DNA of 64,000 bases from a virus: positions 38,842 to 102,841 of the IMG/VR virus record IMGVR_UViG_3300034068_001120, one strand, 5' to 3'. The notes below the pieces were generated by a model. The model did no database searches. It was not told the DNA's origin and worked only from the letters and a program-made list of their open reading frames with translations. Within the stretch, counting starts at the first letter, position 1, and every line of letters begins with the position of its first letter. Shown here piece by piece: positions 20,257 through 29,871 of this stretch. The translations under genes and the position numbers were made by a program.

Positions 20257-20409
20257 ATTAGATTTCGCGTGCGCCGCGCCAGCGGGTCCGGCCCAGTGTG
20301 GCGAACTATGACGCAGAACCAAAATATAAAATAAAAATCCCCCAACGGACGGGGGTTCGTCGGGGGACAGATGTCGGAGCGGTGAAACGCGCGACCTGTT
20401 ATGTAGACT

Positions 20410-20631
20410 TCATCCCAATCTTCTAATGGGATAAGCCGTCGATCCATTGTCGGAGACTTGAAACAATGTACTAGATCCATCTTGAAACTGAACCACTATC
20501 TCATCGCCATACAGCACGGCAGATTGGGCTTTGGAGGTCACCGTACACATAGGAGAGTTCCAACCACCCTTCCACAACAAGACTCGGCCAGACTTAACTG
20601 TAACAAACATTTGATCTGTGTTGTCTTCCAT
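20410..20631 (-). CDS. hypothetical protein
   Basis: 73 aa with AAAGGA SD. Confidence 0.65.
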   Translation of the reverse strand: MEDNTDQMFVTVKSGRVLLWKGGWNSPMCTVTSKAQSAVLYGDEIVVQFQDGSSTLFQVSDNGSTAYPIRRLG

Positions 20632-20657
20632 TTGAGTTCCTTTAATATATTTGTTTG

Positions 20658-20698
20658 AAAAAGAAACCCCGACAACTAGTTTAGTAATTGTCGGGGTC
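20658..20698 (-). terminator. intrinsic terminator
   Basis: ACCCCGACAA...TTGTCGGGGT stem followed by a T-tract on the minus strand. Confidence 0.75.
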
Positions 20699-20813
20699 TG
20701 TGTAAGATCATCATAAACTATCTGCTAGATCTTTCGATGAAACAGATAAGGATTTTTATTCACTACATGGTTTATGGCTGAACTGATGATCTCACTATAG
20801 TGTACACATAAAC

Positions 20814-21140
20814 TTATATAATATTCTGTGCAGATTTCATTCCTTTAACATTAGGTGAACCGGCCTTGCGTCCTCGCTTGTTGTCGTTCACCGTCAAAGT
20901 ACTGACATCCACATTCAGTTCAGGAATCAGGTAGTAGCCTCGTCCTGCTCGTCGATTCTGTGTAATTGCGATCCAAGCAGGAATAGCAACATAGACAGAG
21001 TTCTCCAAGACTTCCACCAAGTCTTTGCGTGACACCTGACACTCGTTGAGTACTGTCAGGCTATTACGATTGACTTGAAGAAAGGTGATGAAGTCCACCT
21101 GACCTTGTGTATAAGTTGAAGACATAATTGAATTAGACAT
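20814..21140 (-). CDS. stand-alone homolog of the N-terminal domain of the MoxR ATPase
   Basis: IPAWI....RRAGRGYYLIPEL here vs VPAWI...RKQGRGIYSVPEL in the ATPase. Confidence 0.65.
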   Translation of the reverse strand: MSNSIMSSTYTQGQVDFITFLQVNRNSLTVLNECQVSRKDLVEVLENSVYVAIPAWIAITQNRRAGRGYYLIPELNVDVSTLTVNDNKRGRKAGSPNVKGMKSAQNII

Positions 21141-21200
21141 TAGATTTCTTTCTGTTGAATTGATTTGAATAATGAAACACGATGAGTCATAGCCCTTGGG

Positions 21201-21674
21201 TTATTTGATTCTATGCACCTCCACAGTTGGTGAGGCAAGAGAGTTCACCCAATTTATAATTTGAATGAGCGCACTCACATCCACCATCTTACAAAATAGT
21301 CCGTCACCAAATGCCACCCAATTCTTTTGAGGATCAAGAATGGATACTTCGGCACGAACTACATCAGGAATAAATTCGAATCGAATGTTGAGAAGTGATT
21401 GAGGAAGTCCTAATGGATTCACATCATCAGATGAACCATCCAACTCCTCTTGTTGAGGAGTGTAAATGTTAAGAACATATCCGTTTGGAAACTTCATTGT
21501 GAACTGTGATCCTGCGGGTTCGTAATGCGGTCCTGGAACTGCTGTAATATTTCGATTGGAGAATCCTGCAAAATCATTAGCCAAGTCTTTGATGTCGGCA
21601 GATGCACGACCTTGAACCGCTAATTCATTCTGATGAAGTCTATTATCCACGGCGTTTGTAATTGGTTGTGTCAT
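21201..21674 (-). CDS. hypothetical protein
   Basis: 157-aa ORF; FTMKFPNGYVL motif. Confidence 0.6.
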   Translation of the reverse strand: MTQPITNAVDNRLHQNELAVQGRASADIKDLANDFAGFSNRNITAVPGPHYEPAGSQFTMKFPNGYVLNIYTPQQEELDGSSDDVNPLGLPQSLLNIRFEFIPDVVRAEVSILDPQKNWVAFGDGLFCKMVDVSALIQIINWVNSLASPTVEVHRIK

Positions 21675-21695
21675 TTTGTTTCTTTCTTTTATATT

Positions 21696-22973
21696 TTAGA
21701 TTGGACAGATTGTTGGAGAAACACTAGACGGAACTACGGCAGGAGCAGGAGATCCTTCGGCAGGACGCATTTGAGTATCGGCATCCACCTTGGTGTAGAA
21801 CTCCATAAAGGATTGCTTTGTATCCTCGTCGAAGCGAGACACACATCGTTCAATGGCAGTCATCTTGTCTCCGAAGATTGAGAAGCCAAACACAATGTCT
21901 CGCAGTCGGCGGGTCGTGATGATGTCAGACACAACATTCTGCTTGAATGACTTGCGAATAATGTCTGCCCAATTCACCAAGTTCACAATGAATGCAGAGT
22001 CATCGACTCCAACCGACTCGGCATACTTGGTGAGAATCTTGTTCTCGGTTGCAATGCCTGCATAATCCTGCTCGTAAGTAAAGCGGAAGCGTTCCAAGAA
22101 GGCTTCGTTCATTTGGTTTGTGCCAATGAATCTGCCGTCAGAACATCCCTTGCCTTTGGTGTTGGCAGTTGCGACAACGGTGAATCCTGCAACAGGTCTG
22201 ACAAACATTCCAATCTTTGGAATAAACTTTCCCTTGCCTTCCAAGATACTTTGAAGACACATAATGAGATGAGTTCCCAAGTCCACTTCGTCGAGAAGAA
22301 GAACAGCACCTCGTTGCATTGCAACAAGAGCAGGTCCAGGACAGAATACAGTTTCGCCATTCTGCAATCTGAATCCACCGATCAATTCATCTTCGTCGGT
22401 CTGTGCAGTAAGATTCACACGAATACATTCTCGATTCAGTTGAGCGCAAACTTGCTCAACCATTGTGGTCTTGCCATTACCTGACAAGCCTGTGATGAAG
22501 ATTGGACAGAACGAACCTGACTTCACAATCTTCTTGATCTCATTGTGATATCCCCACGGAATATAATTATCATCTTCAAGAGGAATAAAAGTATTGCCGA
22601 TATCTGTTTGTGATGCAGTCTTGATAAGACTTGCGGTTGTGGTGGTGGTGCTGTTGGTGGTGGTTGGTTTCATTGGTGTAATGGTTTCTGTTGTTGTGGG
22701 TGTGATGATGGCAGGAGTAGATACTTTGTTGCGGTTGCGAGTGTTTGGAATCACGGTGATGTCTGTGTCTTTGGCAAACAATTCAGGAACAGAATAAATT
22801 CCTCTGCCTTGCTTGCGATCTTCTGACATAATCCAAGCAGGAACGATTGAGTATCCTGCTTTGCAAGCAATGGTGTTGAGCAGACTGAACTCAAACATAT
22901 CGGTTGGTTGGGTGGGAAGGAATGGTCGGGCAGATTTCACGAAGAGGAATTGTGTGGTGGTGAGTGTGTGCAT
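21696..22973 (-). CDS. MoxR/CobS-like AAA+ ATPase
   Basis: Walker A GLSGNGKT, DELIGG, Walker B LLLDEVD, ATANTKG, NEAFLERF, TTRRL; own TTGACA/TATACT promoter and SD before MHTL. Confidence 0.93.
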   Translation of the reverse strand: MHTLTTTQFLFVKSARPFLPTQPTDMFEFSLLNTIACKAGYSIVPAWIMSEDRKQGRGIYSVPELFAKDTDITVIPNTRNRNKVSTPAIITPTTTETITPMKPTTTNSTTTTTASLIKTASQTDIGNTFIPLEDDNYIPWGYHNEIKKIVKSGSFCPIFITGLSGNGKTTMVEQVCAQLNRECIRVNLTAQTDEDELIGGFRLQNGETVFCPGPALVAMQRGAVLLLDEVDLGTHLIMCLQSILEGKGKFIPKIGMFVRPVAGFTVVATANTKGKGCSDGRFIGTNQMNEAFLERFRFTYEQDYAGIATENKILTKYAESVGVDDSAFIVNLVNWADIIRKSFKQNVVSDIITTRRLRDIVFGFSIFGDKMTAIERCVSRFDEDTKQSFMEFYTKVDADTQMRPAEGSPAPAVVPSSVSPTICPI

Positions 22974-23050
22974 TGTGTCCTTTGTTATATAAAGTATATG
23001 TCGTAAATGGGGGTTGTCAAATAATGCGGTCAATTTTTCAAAGATTTATT

Positions 23051-25207
23051 TTATGTTCCAAGAGTCTCGCCGATCAGGGTGGCAACCGATTTGAGTGATC
23101 CAATTGCGGATTGATTGGCAATGAATGCCTTCTGCAATTCTGTTTTGGACTTTGCCGTGTTCATATTCTTTGACACAGTTTCCAACATACCTTGAGCAGA
23201 ATAACCAATCTCTCCGTTCTGTTGACGAGCAATACGATTCTGATCAACAACGATTGCAGTATCAAATCCGTCAACTGCACATCGAACGAATCCATCTCGT
23301 TTCCAATTACAATTCGGAAGTTCTGTTGCGCCTTTGATTTGATGAGCAGGAGATCCTTTCGACCAATGCAACTTAATCCAATGAATTGCTGTTCCTGTTC
23401 GCTTTCGGATAATGTCACAGGCAATCCACACAGAAGTAGATTGAACTGTAAGAGTCTTGTCCAATTCTTCAATGTTATATTTAAGTCCTGTCACAGGATC
23501 AGAAATAATAATGTTGCTGTGTCTGTGTCGATTTGAACCATCGGAATTCTTTCTGTCACTTGGAAGAAAGAATCCATCACAAGAATCTCCGTCAGTCAAG
23601 ACAACCAAGTGAGTGGACTGAAGATTATTCTTTGCCTTGAACTCCTCAATAGTTTCCACAATTTCAATCAATGCCGAAGTGGTTGGAGTTCCACTCAAAT
23701 GATATTGATTATGCTTTGCACAATTATCAATGTCCTGCCAATTCCACAGAATACTCTTTCCCTTTTCATACTCGGCATTTGTCATCTTGGATGACAACCA
23801 ATTCAGAAGATGAATGGGATGCATTTTCACATTGTCCTTGTCGTATTTTCTATCCGTTCGACTCGACAAATCTTCTCCGCTTGAGTTGCTAAAATCATTT
23901 GGAGTCCAAGTATGATCAGAGAATGCAAAGACTTCAAATGGAATTCCACTTCGTCGGCAAAAGTCTGTGAGAATAATAAGTTGTCCAATGGTTGATCGCA
24001 TAATTCCCTGCATTGAACCCGACCAATCCAACAGAATAATAATGCCGTGATTCTTTCCTTTGGCAATCTTTACAGTTCTGCGAAAGACATCATCAGACCA
24101 ACGATAAGAATTCATTCTCAAAGTATCAAGCGCACCTGTCTTTGCAACAGAAGAACGATGAAACAAGTCCGCAGCTTGTTTTCTTGCAAAAGCCTGTGAC
24201 ATTGTTCTGCTTGCATCAGTATAATCTTTCACCTTGATTGGAGTGAGAACTTTCTGCAAATCCAAATTGTTTGGTTTGGATGCAATAATCAAATCAACAT
24301 CTTTCAGAATCATATTGTAAGTCACAATCACATTTGGATGCTTTGGTGGAAGTGTGCAAAGATAATGATTGTCCATTGGACTTGTTTTAGCAGTGCTTGC
24401 CATTTTTTCAATTGCCTGTTCCATCATCTTGTTTGTTGATGGAGTTGGCAATTGTTGCTGTTGGTGTTGCTGTTGTGGTTTCTGCTGTGAAACTTTAGAT
24501 TCTGACGATTCTTTGGAAGAAGATTCACCTTCTTCTCCTTCGCCTTCGCCTTCTCCTGCTTGTTGTTCTGCCGATGGATCATTCTCCATCTCCACAGGAT
24601 GATTCTGTCCCTGTGATTTGCAGAATTTAATAATTTTCACCGCAAGATCAACAACATTCTGAAATGATTGTGTTCGTTCCATCAGCGGAATAAACTGCGA
24701 TTCAGCGGAAGAAAAAGGAATCACAACATTAGAATGAATGCCCAATTTGAAGTGAAGATTCAACCGATCTGCAAAGCAAGCAGTCGGGAATGTGGAAGGC
24801 TTTCCAAAGAATTCCTGTGCAACAAAGTATTCATAAGCCAAGTAGAAATCTCGTTTCAAGCCTTGAAACTTGTTCTTGATAAGTCTTTCAATTCTTGCAT
24901 CTTCCACAATATTCAAATATGATTTGGCTTGTTCTGTGGAACATCCTGTTTGCTTTGCAATAAAATCCATTCCATCCACCCATTCTTTGGCAGGAGTCCA
25001 CAAAGCGTGTCCGACTTCGTGTCCAACCAACATATCATATGTTGATTCTGAAGCAGTCTCCCACAGAGGAAGAAAGAGTGTTCGTGTTTTAAGATTAAAC
25101 ATTGCAGTCGGAATCTTTTCGTGGAGAATTGTAATGTTCTCGGATGCGAGAAGTTTCGCAAGAGTAGACTTGTTTCGGACGATTGGTTGTTGTGGTGTTG
25201 TTGACAT
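23051..25207 (-). CDS. VWA-domain partner protein with N-terminal HExxH (CobT-like)
   Basis: GHEVGHALWT, NIVEDARIE, MIDAS DWSGSM, GTPT, VLTDG; leaderless start after TTGACT-N16-CATACT. Confidence 0.9.
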   Translation of the reverse strand: MSTTPQQPIVRNKSTLAKLLASENITILHEKIPTAMFNLKTRTLFLPLWETASESTYDMLVGHEVGHALWTPAKEWVDGMDFIAKQTGCSTEQAKSYLNIVEDARIERLIKNKFQGLKRDFYLAYEYFVAQEFFGKPSTFPTACFADRLNLHFKLGIHSNVVIPFSSAESQFIPLMERTQSFQNVVDLAVKIIKFCKSQGQNHPVEMENDPSAEQQAGEGEGEGEEGESSSKESSESKVSQQKPQQQHQQQQLPTPSTNKMMEQAIEKMASTAKTSPMDNHYLCTLPPKHPNVIVTYNMILKDVDLIIASKPNNLDLQKVLTPIKVKDYTDASRTMSQAFARKQAADLFHRSSVAKTGALDTLRMNSYRWSDDVFRRTVKIAKGKNHGIIILLDWSGSMQGIMRSTIGQLIILTDFCRRSGIPFEVFAFSDHTWTPNDFSNSSGEDLSSRTDRKYDKDNVKMHPIHLLNWLSSKMTNAEYEKGKSILWNWQDIDNCAKHNQYHLSGTPTTSALIEIVETIEEFKAKNNLQSTHLVVLTDGDSCDGFFLPSDRKNSDGSNRHRHSNIIISDPVTGLKYNIEELDKTLTVQSTSVWIACDIIRKRTGTAIHWIKLHWSKGSPAHQIKGATELPNCNWKRDGFVRCAVDGFDTAIVVDQNRIARQQNGEIGYSAQGMLETVSKNMNTAKSKTELQKAFIANQSAIGSLKSVATLIGETLGT

Positions 25208-25401
25208 ATGCAAAGTATGCCACCAATTCAAGCAAAGTCAAATAATGTGATCAATTTTCTAAAGATTTATTTCAAAGGTTATCGGACGCAGGACCCGATC
25301 AAATCCCGCCCAGTCCGATAACAGGCCGGGCTATGACGAACTATGACGAATTCGAACTATGACGGCAGGCAATAAAAAAACCCCCTTGCGGGGGTCCTGG
25401 A

Positions 25402-25602
25402 TCATGCGGTCTTCTCTATAAAGAAGTCCGTTTCATCATAATCCATTGTGACACCATCCTGCCAAGTAAGACCTGAAGTGTCTCCGTTGAATTGACATTC
25501 AACATCGTAGTGCGCTCCATTCTTCTTGACCAGATACATTGGATTTTTCCAACATACTGTGAGTTTGTTATCAACTGCGGTTTTGATTTCATCAAGTGTC
25601 AT
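25402..25602 (-). CDS. cassette gene, hypothetical (66 aa)
   Basis: MTLDEIKTAVD after AAAAGGA SD; ends at a terminator. Confidence 0.75.
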   Translation of the reverse strand: MTLDEIKTAVDNKLTVCWKNPMYLVKKNGAHYDVECQFNGDTSGLTWQDGVTMDYDETDFFIEKTA

Positions 25603-25768
25603 TGTAGTCCTTTTGTTGTGGTGATCTGTACCCTTGAAGTATACACCAAGAATCAACGAATGCAAATAATCAGCACAATATTTGAAAGATTTTATTATCG
25701 GACACGGCGGATTCAAACTATGACGGCAGAAAACAAAAAAACCCTTTCCCGAAGGAAAGGGTCTCTGA

Positions 25769-26125
25769 TCAAAACTCGTCGCTGTCAGGATAATCGAATC
25801 CGAAATCGCCTTCGCTTTCGGTGATTTCCTCAAGAATGCGAGATTCGCACTCTCGTTCAATCTGATCTGCGAGATGTTCGCAGATTTCCGTGATTGCGGG
25901 ATTGCTTTTGTCGAACGACCATTCGGCAATCACTTCTCCGTCCTCATTGAACTGCATCCACGAGTCGATTTGAACACCTTGAATGGCAAATTCGTGTCCT
26001 TTTTCTGTTCCGAACTCGTGATCGAAACTTGTATCAACCTTTTCATAAAGAATTGTGCAAATTGCTGTGTAAAATGACTCTCCGACTTCAATTTCTTCTG
26101 CTTCAAATGTAATTTCTGATTTCAT
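25769..26125 (-). CDS. highly acidic protein, candidate DNA mimic
   Basis: 118 aa from MKSEITF; hand count 33 D/E vs 6 K/R. Confidence 0.6.
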   Translation of the reverse strand: MKSEITFEAEEIEVGESFYTAICTILYEKVDTSFDHEFGTEKGHEFAIQGVQIDSWMQFNEDGEVIAEWSFDKSNPAITEICEHLADQIERECESRILEEITESEGDFGFDYPDSDEF

Positions 26126-26144
26126 TTTCGTTTTCTTTCTTGGG

Positions 26145-26540
26145 TTAGTTGTTGTTTTTGCCGTCGAGTTCAATATCTTCGAGAATTTGAGCAATCATTG
26201 TGTCTGCCACATCGGAAAGAGGTGCTCGTTCCTCGTTCTGATCGTGAATTCCTGCATTTCTTGCAAGAACAAGACGAAGCATTCGCAAAGCCGAGATGGT
26301 TTGATCAAATTCCACCATTGCAAGTTTGAATTTCGTGATATCCTTGAGCATATCAGGAATTCGCTCTGAATCATCTTCAGTTTGAAACTCTCGAAGTGAT
26401 TCTTCAAGATCTTTCAGCGATTGAGTAACAGGGTTTGAGAGAATGGCATTGAATGATCCGCACAATTGGCTTCCGATCTGGTCGATGATTTCGACAAGAC
26501 GGCGGGGGTTGAGATCGAGATTGTTAGTGTTGTTGGACAT
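26145..26540 (-). CDS. cassette gene, helical hypothetical, leaderless
   Basis: TATACT-CTTATT-ATG. Confidence 0.7.
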   Translation of the reverse strand: MSNNTNNLDLNPRRLVEIIDQIGSQLCGSFNAILSNPVTQSLKDLEESLREFQTEDDSERIPDMLKDITKFKLAMVEFDQTISALRMLRLVLARNAGIHDQNEERAPLSDVADTMIAQILEDIELDGKNNN

Positions 26541-26772
26541 AATAAGAGTATACACCGAGAATTGAACAATGCAAATTATGTGGTCGATTTTCCAAAGATT
26601 TTATTATCGGACTCTGAGGGCTATGACGAACTATGACGGCAGGCAATAAAAAAAGACTGGGTTCGCACCCAGTCCAAAGTCCTGCGGACTTGTTATTTGT
26701 TATTTTCCGAATGTGGAGAGGTAACAGGGTCGGCGGGGAAACGCTCCACCGCCGACCCTCCAACCACAACGG

Positions 26773-27072
26773 TCAGACTGCAATACCTCGCTTGACGAGA
26801 TCTTTCGACATCGCCACAAGAACTGCGTGGTTTTCTGTGAGAGCCAGAATCAACGCATCGTGCGTCTTGCTCTCGTCAATGGCTTCTTGAGCCTGACGAG
26901 TAAATGATTCTGCCTTTGCCACGAACTTGTCTTTGTTGAATTGCGCCTTCGCAATTCCCATCGCCGCATCGTCGATTGATTGTGCGAGAGGAGATCGGCG
27001 TTCTTGACGAACACTTCCGTCTTTGTTGAGTTTGCTTGATTGGGTCGTACCCGATGTTGTGTTGTTGGACAT
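26773..27072 (-). CDS. cassette gene, coiled-coil hypothetical, leaderless
   Basis: TATACT-CTGTAT-ATG. Confidence 0.7.
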   Translation of the reverse strand: MSNNTTSGTTQSSKLNKDGSVRQERRSPLAQSIDDAAMGIAKAQFNKDKFVAKAESFTRQAQEAIDESKTHDALILALTENHAVLVAMSKDLVKRGIAV

Positions 27073-27234
27073 ATACAGAGTATACACCAAGAATTAAACA
27101 ATGCAAATTATAGGATCAATTTTCTAAAGATTATTATTATCGGACTCTACGGGCTATGACGAACTATGACGGCAAGGCAAAAAAAAAACTTCCCCGAAGG
27201 GAAGTTCCGACGCTGTTGCGTCTGCCCCGAAGGG

Positions 27235-27639
27235 TTATGCGATTGCGATATCCAATTCCTTGAAGGTCTGCATTCCTTCACATTGCGTCATCGTCGACTT
27301 TCCGATGATGCCCATAATTCCTTGAACGGAATCGTTCATGGACTTTCGGACTTCCTTGCGTTCTGAATCCGACATTGCCATTGCTTCCTCGGCGATGGCA
27401 ACCAATGCCGAACGCTGAAATCCTGCACGCTGTGCAAGGATGGACAGAAGTGTCCACGGACAGGCTGACTGCGGAACAGACTTCTCGAATGCTTCGCCTC
27501 GACTGTACGAGAAGTCTACGCAGAAGGTGACCGTTCCTGCCAATTCTGATCCTGAAGGAATCGTATACAGTTCCTTGACTGCACTCTTGATTGCTGTTAC
27601 GAACTCTGGGGATTGAACGATGGTGGTTGTTGTTGTCAT
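27235..27639 (-). CDS. cassette gene, hypothetical, leaderless
   Basis: TATACT-CTGTAT-ATG; ends just before a terminator. Confidence 0.72.
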   Translation of the reverse strand: MTTTTTIVQSPEFVTAIKSAVKELYTIPSGSELAGTVTFCVDFSYSRGEAFEKSVPQSACPWTLLSILAQRAGFQRSALVAIAEEAMAMSDSERKEVRKSMNDSVQGIMGIIGKSTMTQCEGMQTFKELDIAIA

Positions 27640-27831
27640 ATACAGAGTATACTTCCAAAATCAACCTTGTCAAATTATATGGCAAAGAATTAAGAATTAT
27701 TATTATCGGACTCTGGGGCTATGACGAACTATGACGGATTCGAACTATGACGGCGAACCGAAAAAAAAATTTCTGGAATAAAAACCCCTCGGCACGATGC
27801 CGAGGGGCTATGCAACCAACTGACGATTGTG

Positions 27832-28695
27832 TTAGACTCGCACTGCGAATCCGTTTGCGGTCGCATATGCCATCGATTCATCGTAGGCTCGATGCGATGT
27901 CGGTCCCTTCCAAGACAATCCGACTACCGAATTCTTCGGATCAAGAAAACGCAGATCGGTAGCCGTTCCATCGATTACGGTATATCCGTTCCAAGTCTTC
28001 GGCAATTCGGTAGCCGATTCAATACCGAACACTACGGCAACATTGTAGCCTGATTCAAGGATACTCAACGCATCGGATTCATTATCCTCGCTTCGTGAGA
28101 ATGTAAGATGATAATTCGATGGAGTTTTTCCGACTCTCGATGCGATTTTCGTATAATCGTAAAACTGAACGGTAGAGTATCGTTCGAACAATTCGCTCCA
28201 TACCTTTTCCCAAAGAATGTCACTGAATGCGTTCATACGAACCGATGGCGTAACTCCACGCTTGGCGCAACGCTTGACGAACGATGCTATCTCTCTATCA
28301 ATCGCTTGTAGTGCCATTAGCGCAGTCGATCCTCCTCCAAACAATTCTCTAGTTCTTGCAATTCTTGCGGAGCGTACCGAATTGAGCACGCTTGGATTAT
28401 TAGCGCATCCAACTCCCAATACTGAATGTCCCGCATTGATACCTACGCATCCCTGCCTACAGAATCCAGCCTTTGGGCATATATCGATACCGCTTGTGTT
28501 AGCAGGGGAAAGACTCAATGAGAGCGTAGCGTGCCCTTGCGCCGAACCTAGGAAAAGTTTCGGATTACTATCTTCCTTCGACATTATCGACCTCTTGCGA
28601 GTACCGATAGGCGCACCTTTGCGCTCGTATTCTGCGATGGATTCTCGCAGATTAGAGTAGGATAGAACAGAGGATGGTAGTTGTGTTAGTTGCAT
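27832..28695 (-). CDS. GP88-family protein, leaderless
   Basis: ICPKAGFCRQGC, RMNAFSDI.W, FYDYTK, NYHLTFSRSE, NVAVVF, VIDG...DLRFLDP...VVGL..KG; TATAAT-ATGAGT-ATG. Confidence 0.82.
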   Translation of the reverse strand: MQLTQLPSSVLSYSNLRESIAEYERKGAPIGTRKRSIMSKEDSNPKLFLGSAQGHATLSLSLSPANTSGIDICPKAGFCRQGCVGINAGHSVLGVGCANNPSVLNSVRSARIARTRELFGGGSTALMALQAIDREIASFVKRCAKRGVTPSVRMNAFSDILWEKVWSELFERYSTVQFYDYTKIASRVGKTPSNYHLTFSRSEDNESDALSILESGYNVAVVFGIESATELPKTWNGYTVIDGTATDLRFLDPKNSVVGLSWKGPTSHRAYDESMAYATANGFAVRV

Positions 28696-28841
28696 ACTCA
28701 TATTATACATCGTAAATCGATGATGTCAAATAAAGGGTACGATTATTTGAATATTTTTTATTATCGGACGCTGGTCATAGTTCGCTAGTCATAGTACCGC
28801 AGATCGACTCCCGCCACCACCACAAAAACTATGACGAATAC

Positions 28842-28919
28842 AAAAAAAGAGGATGCCTCTGCGGTGGCATCCTCCTTGTCGCTCGCGTGTGCGACGGTTT
28901 ATTTGTTTTCCTTCCTGAC
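28842..28919 (-). ncRNA. probable ~75-nt small RNA filling a whole cassette
   Basis: Perfect TTGACA-N16-TATACT promoter and a strong terminator enclose ~75 nt with no meaningful ORF; four AGGA motifs and a GUCGC/GCGAC hairpin. Confidence 0.65.
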
Positions 28920-29045
28920 AACTAGAGTATACAACAGATTCGGACAATGTCAAATAAAAGGTTAAAGAATTATAATATTGTATTATCGGACTCTCGTGAA
29001 CTATGACGAAACCAAAAAGAAAAGACCCCCTTGCGGGGGTCCTGG

Positions 29046-29318
29046 TCAGGAGTCTCTCTTTGCGACTCCTGCTTTGAATCCTTCCCTCCAAGCCTCATCG
29101 AGTGCATCTGCACTCGTTGGGCGATTGTTCACCAACCAATTCCTGCAATCTTGCAGTTCGGCTTCCAAATCCGAGATTTGAAATTGATAATCCTTCAACT
29201 GCTCGAGCGATTCACGAGTTTGAATTTGTTGCGCCAATTGGGATCTCTCCCATCGCAAGACATCCAACCGTTGTTTTTTCGATTGAAATAGTATGGTCAT
29301 TTGTTGTAATACGGTCAT
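29046..29318 (-). CDS. cassette gene, coiled-coil hypothetical
   Basis: ATG after structured leader and AAAGGA SD. Confidence 0.7.
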   Translation of the reverse strand: MTVLQQMTILFQSKKQRLDVLRWERSQLAQQIQTRESLEQLKDYQFQISDLEAELQDCRNWLVNNRPTSADALDEAWREGFKAGVAKRDS

Positions 29319-29389
29319 TCTAGTTCCTTTGTGTCCCGCAGGGACAGATGCAATCGTAAGGGATTGAAACATTCAATCCTCATCGACAC
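29319..29389 (-). promoter_or_regulatory. structured 5' leader, copy A
   Basis: GUCGAUGAGGAUUGAAUGUUUCAAUCCCUUACGAU...UGUCCCUGCGGGACA-SD. Confidence 0.8.
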
Positions 29390-29523
29390 CTACAATATAC
29401 AACGGATTTGGGCAATGTCAAATAAAAGGGTAAAGAATTCTAATATTGTATTATCGGTCAAAGGGGGCTATAACAAACTATGACGAAACCAAAAAGAAAA
29501 GACCCCCTTGCGGGGGTCCTGAA

Positions 29524-29871
29524 TCACTTGGCGTAGATGTCTGCGCCAGATCGAATCCCCCATCCTCTCCTCGCCACTGTTTGGTGGCGAGTGGTGGTTC
29601 TCGAGTACTTGTCATTGGGAATCACGCATCTTGGGCACTCTCCGTCAAGATAGACCCACATAATTGGTGTTCCGTAACTATAAACAACATATTGAATGTT
29701 GTCTGTGGAAAGGAACAATCGAGCCATTTCTGGGGAAAGTCGACCCGTCCCTCTACCCACTCGAACAGTACTCGATCCGTACTCTCCGAATGAGAGTGAT
29801 CCAGTGTGAGTCTTTCCGTTTTCAAATTTGCTGATTGCCACAAACGCATTATGAAGTGAGATATTAGCCAT
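29524..29871 (-). CDS. cassette gene, YSYGTPI...KYSxTTxRHQ phage early protein
   Basis: Motif pattern recalled from phage early hypotheticals; SD AAAGGA. Confidence 0.75.
   Translation of the reverse strand: MANISLHNAFVAISKFENGKTHTGSLSFGEYGSSTVRVGRGTGRLSPEMARLFLSTDNIQYVVYSYGTPIMWVYLDGECPRCVIPNDKYSRTTTRHQTVARRGWGIRSGADIYAK

Noticed and set aside
21696-25207. Cobalamin-biosynthesis AMG (cobS/cobT) serving NrdJ
   Set aside because: This is a generic MoxR AAA+/VWA pair common in T4-like phages; no cobN or other cob genes are present here.
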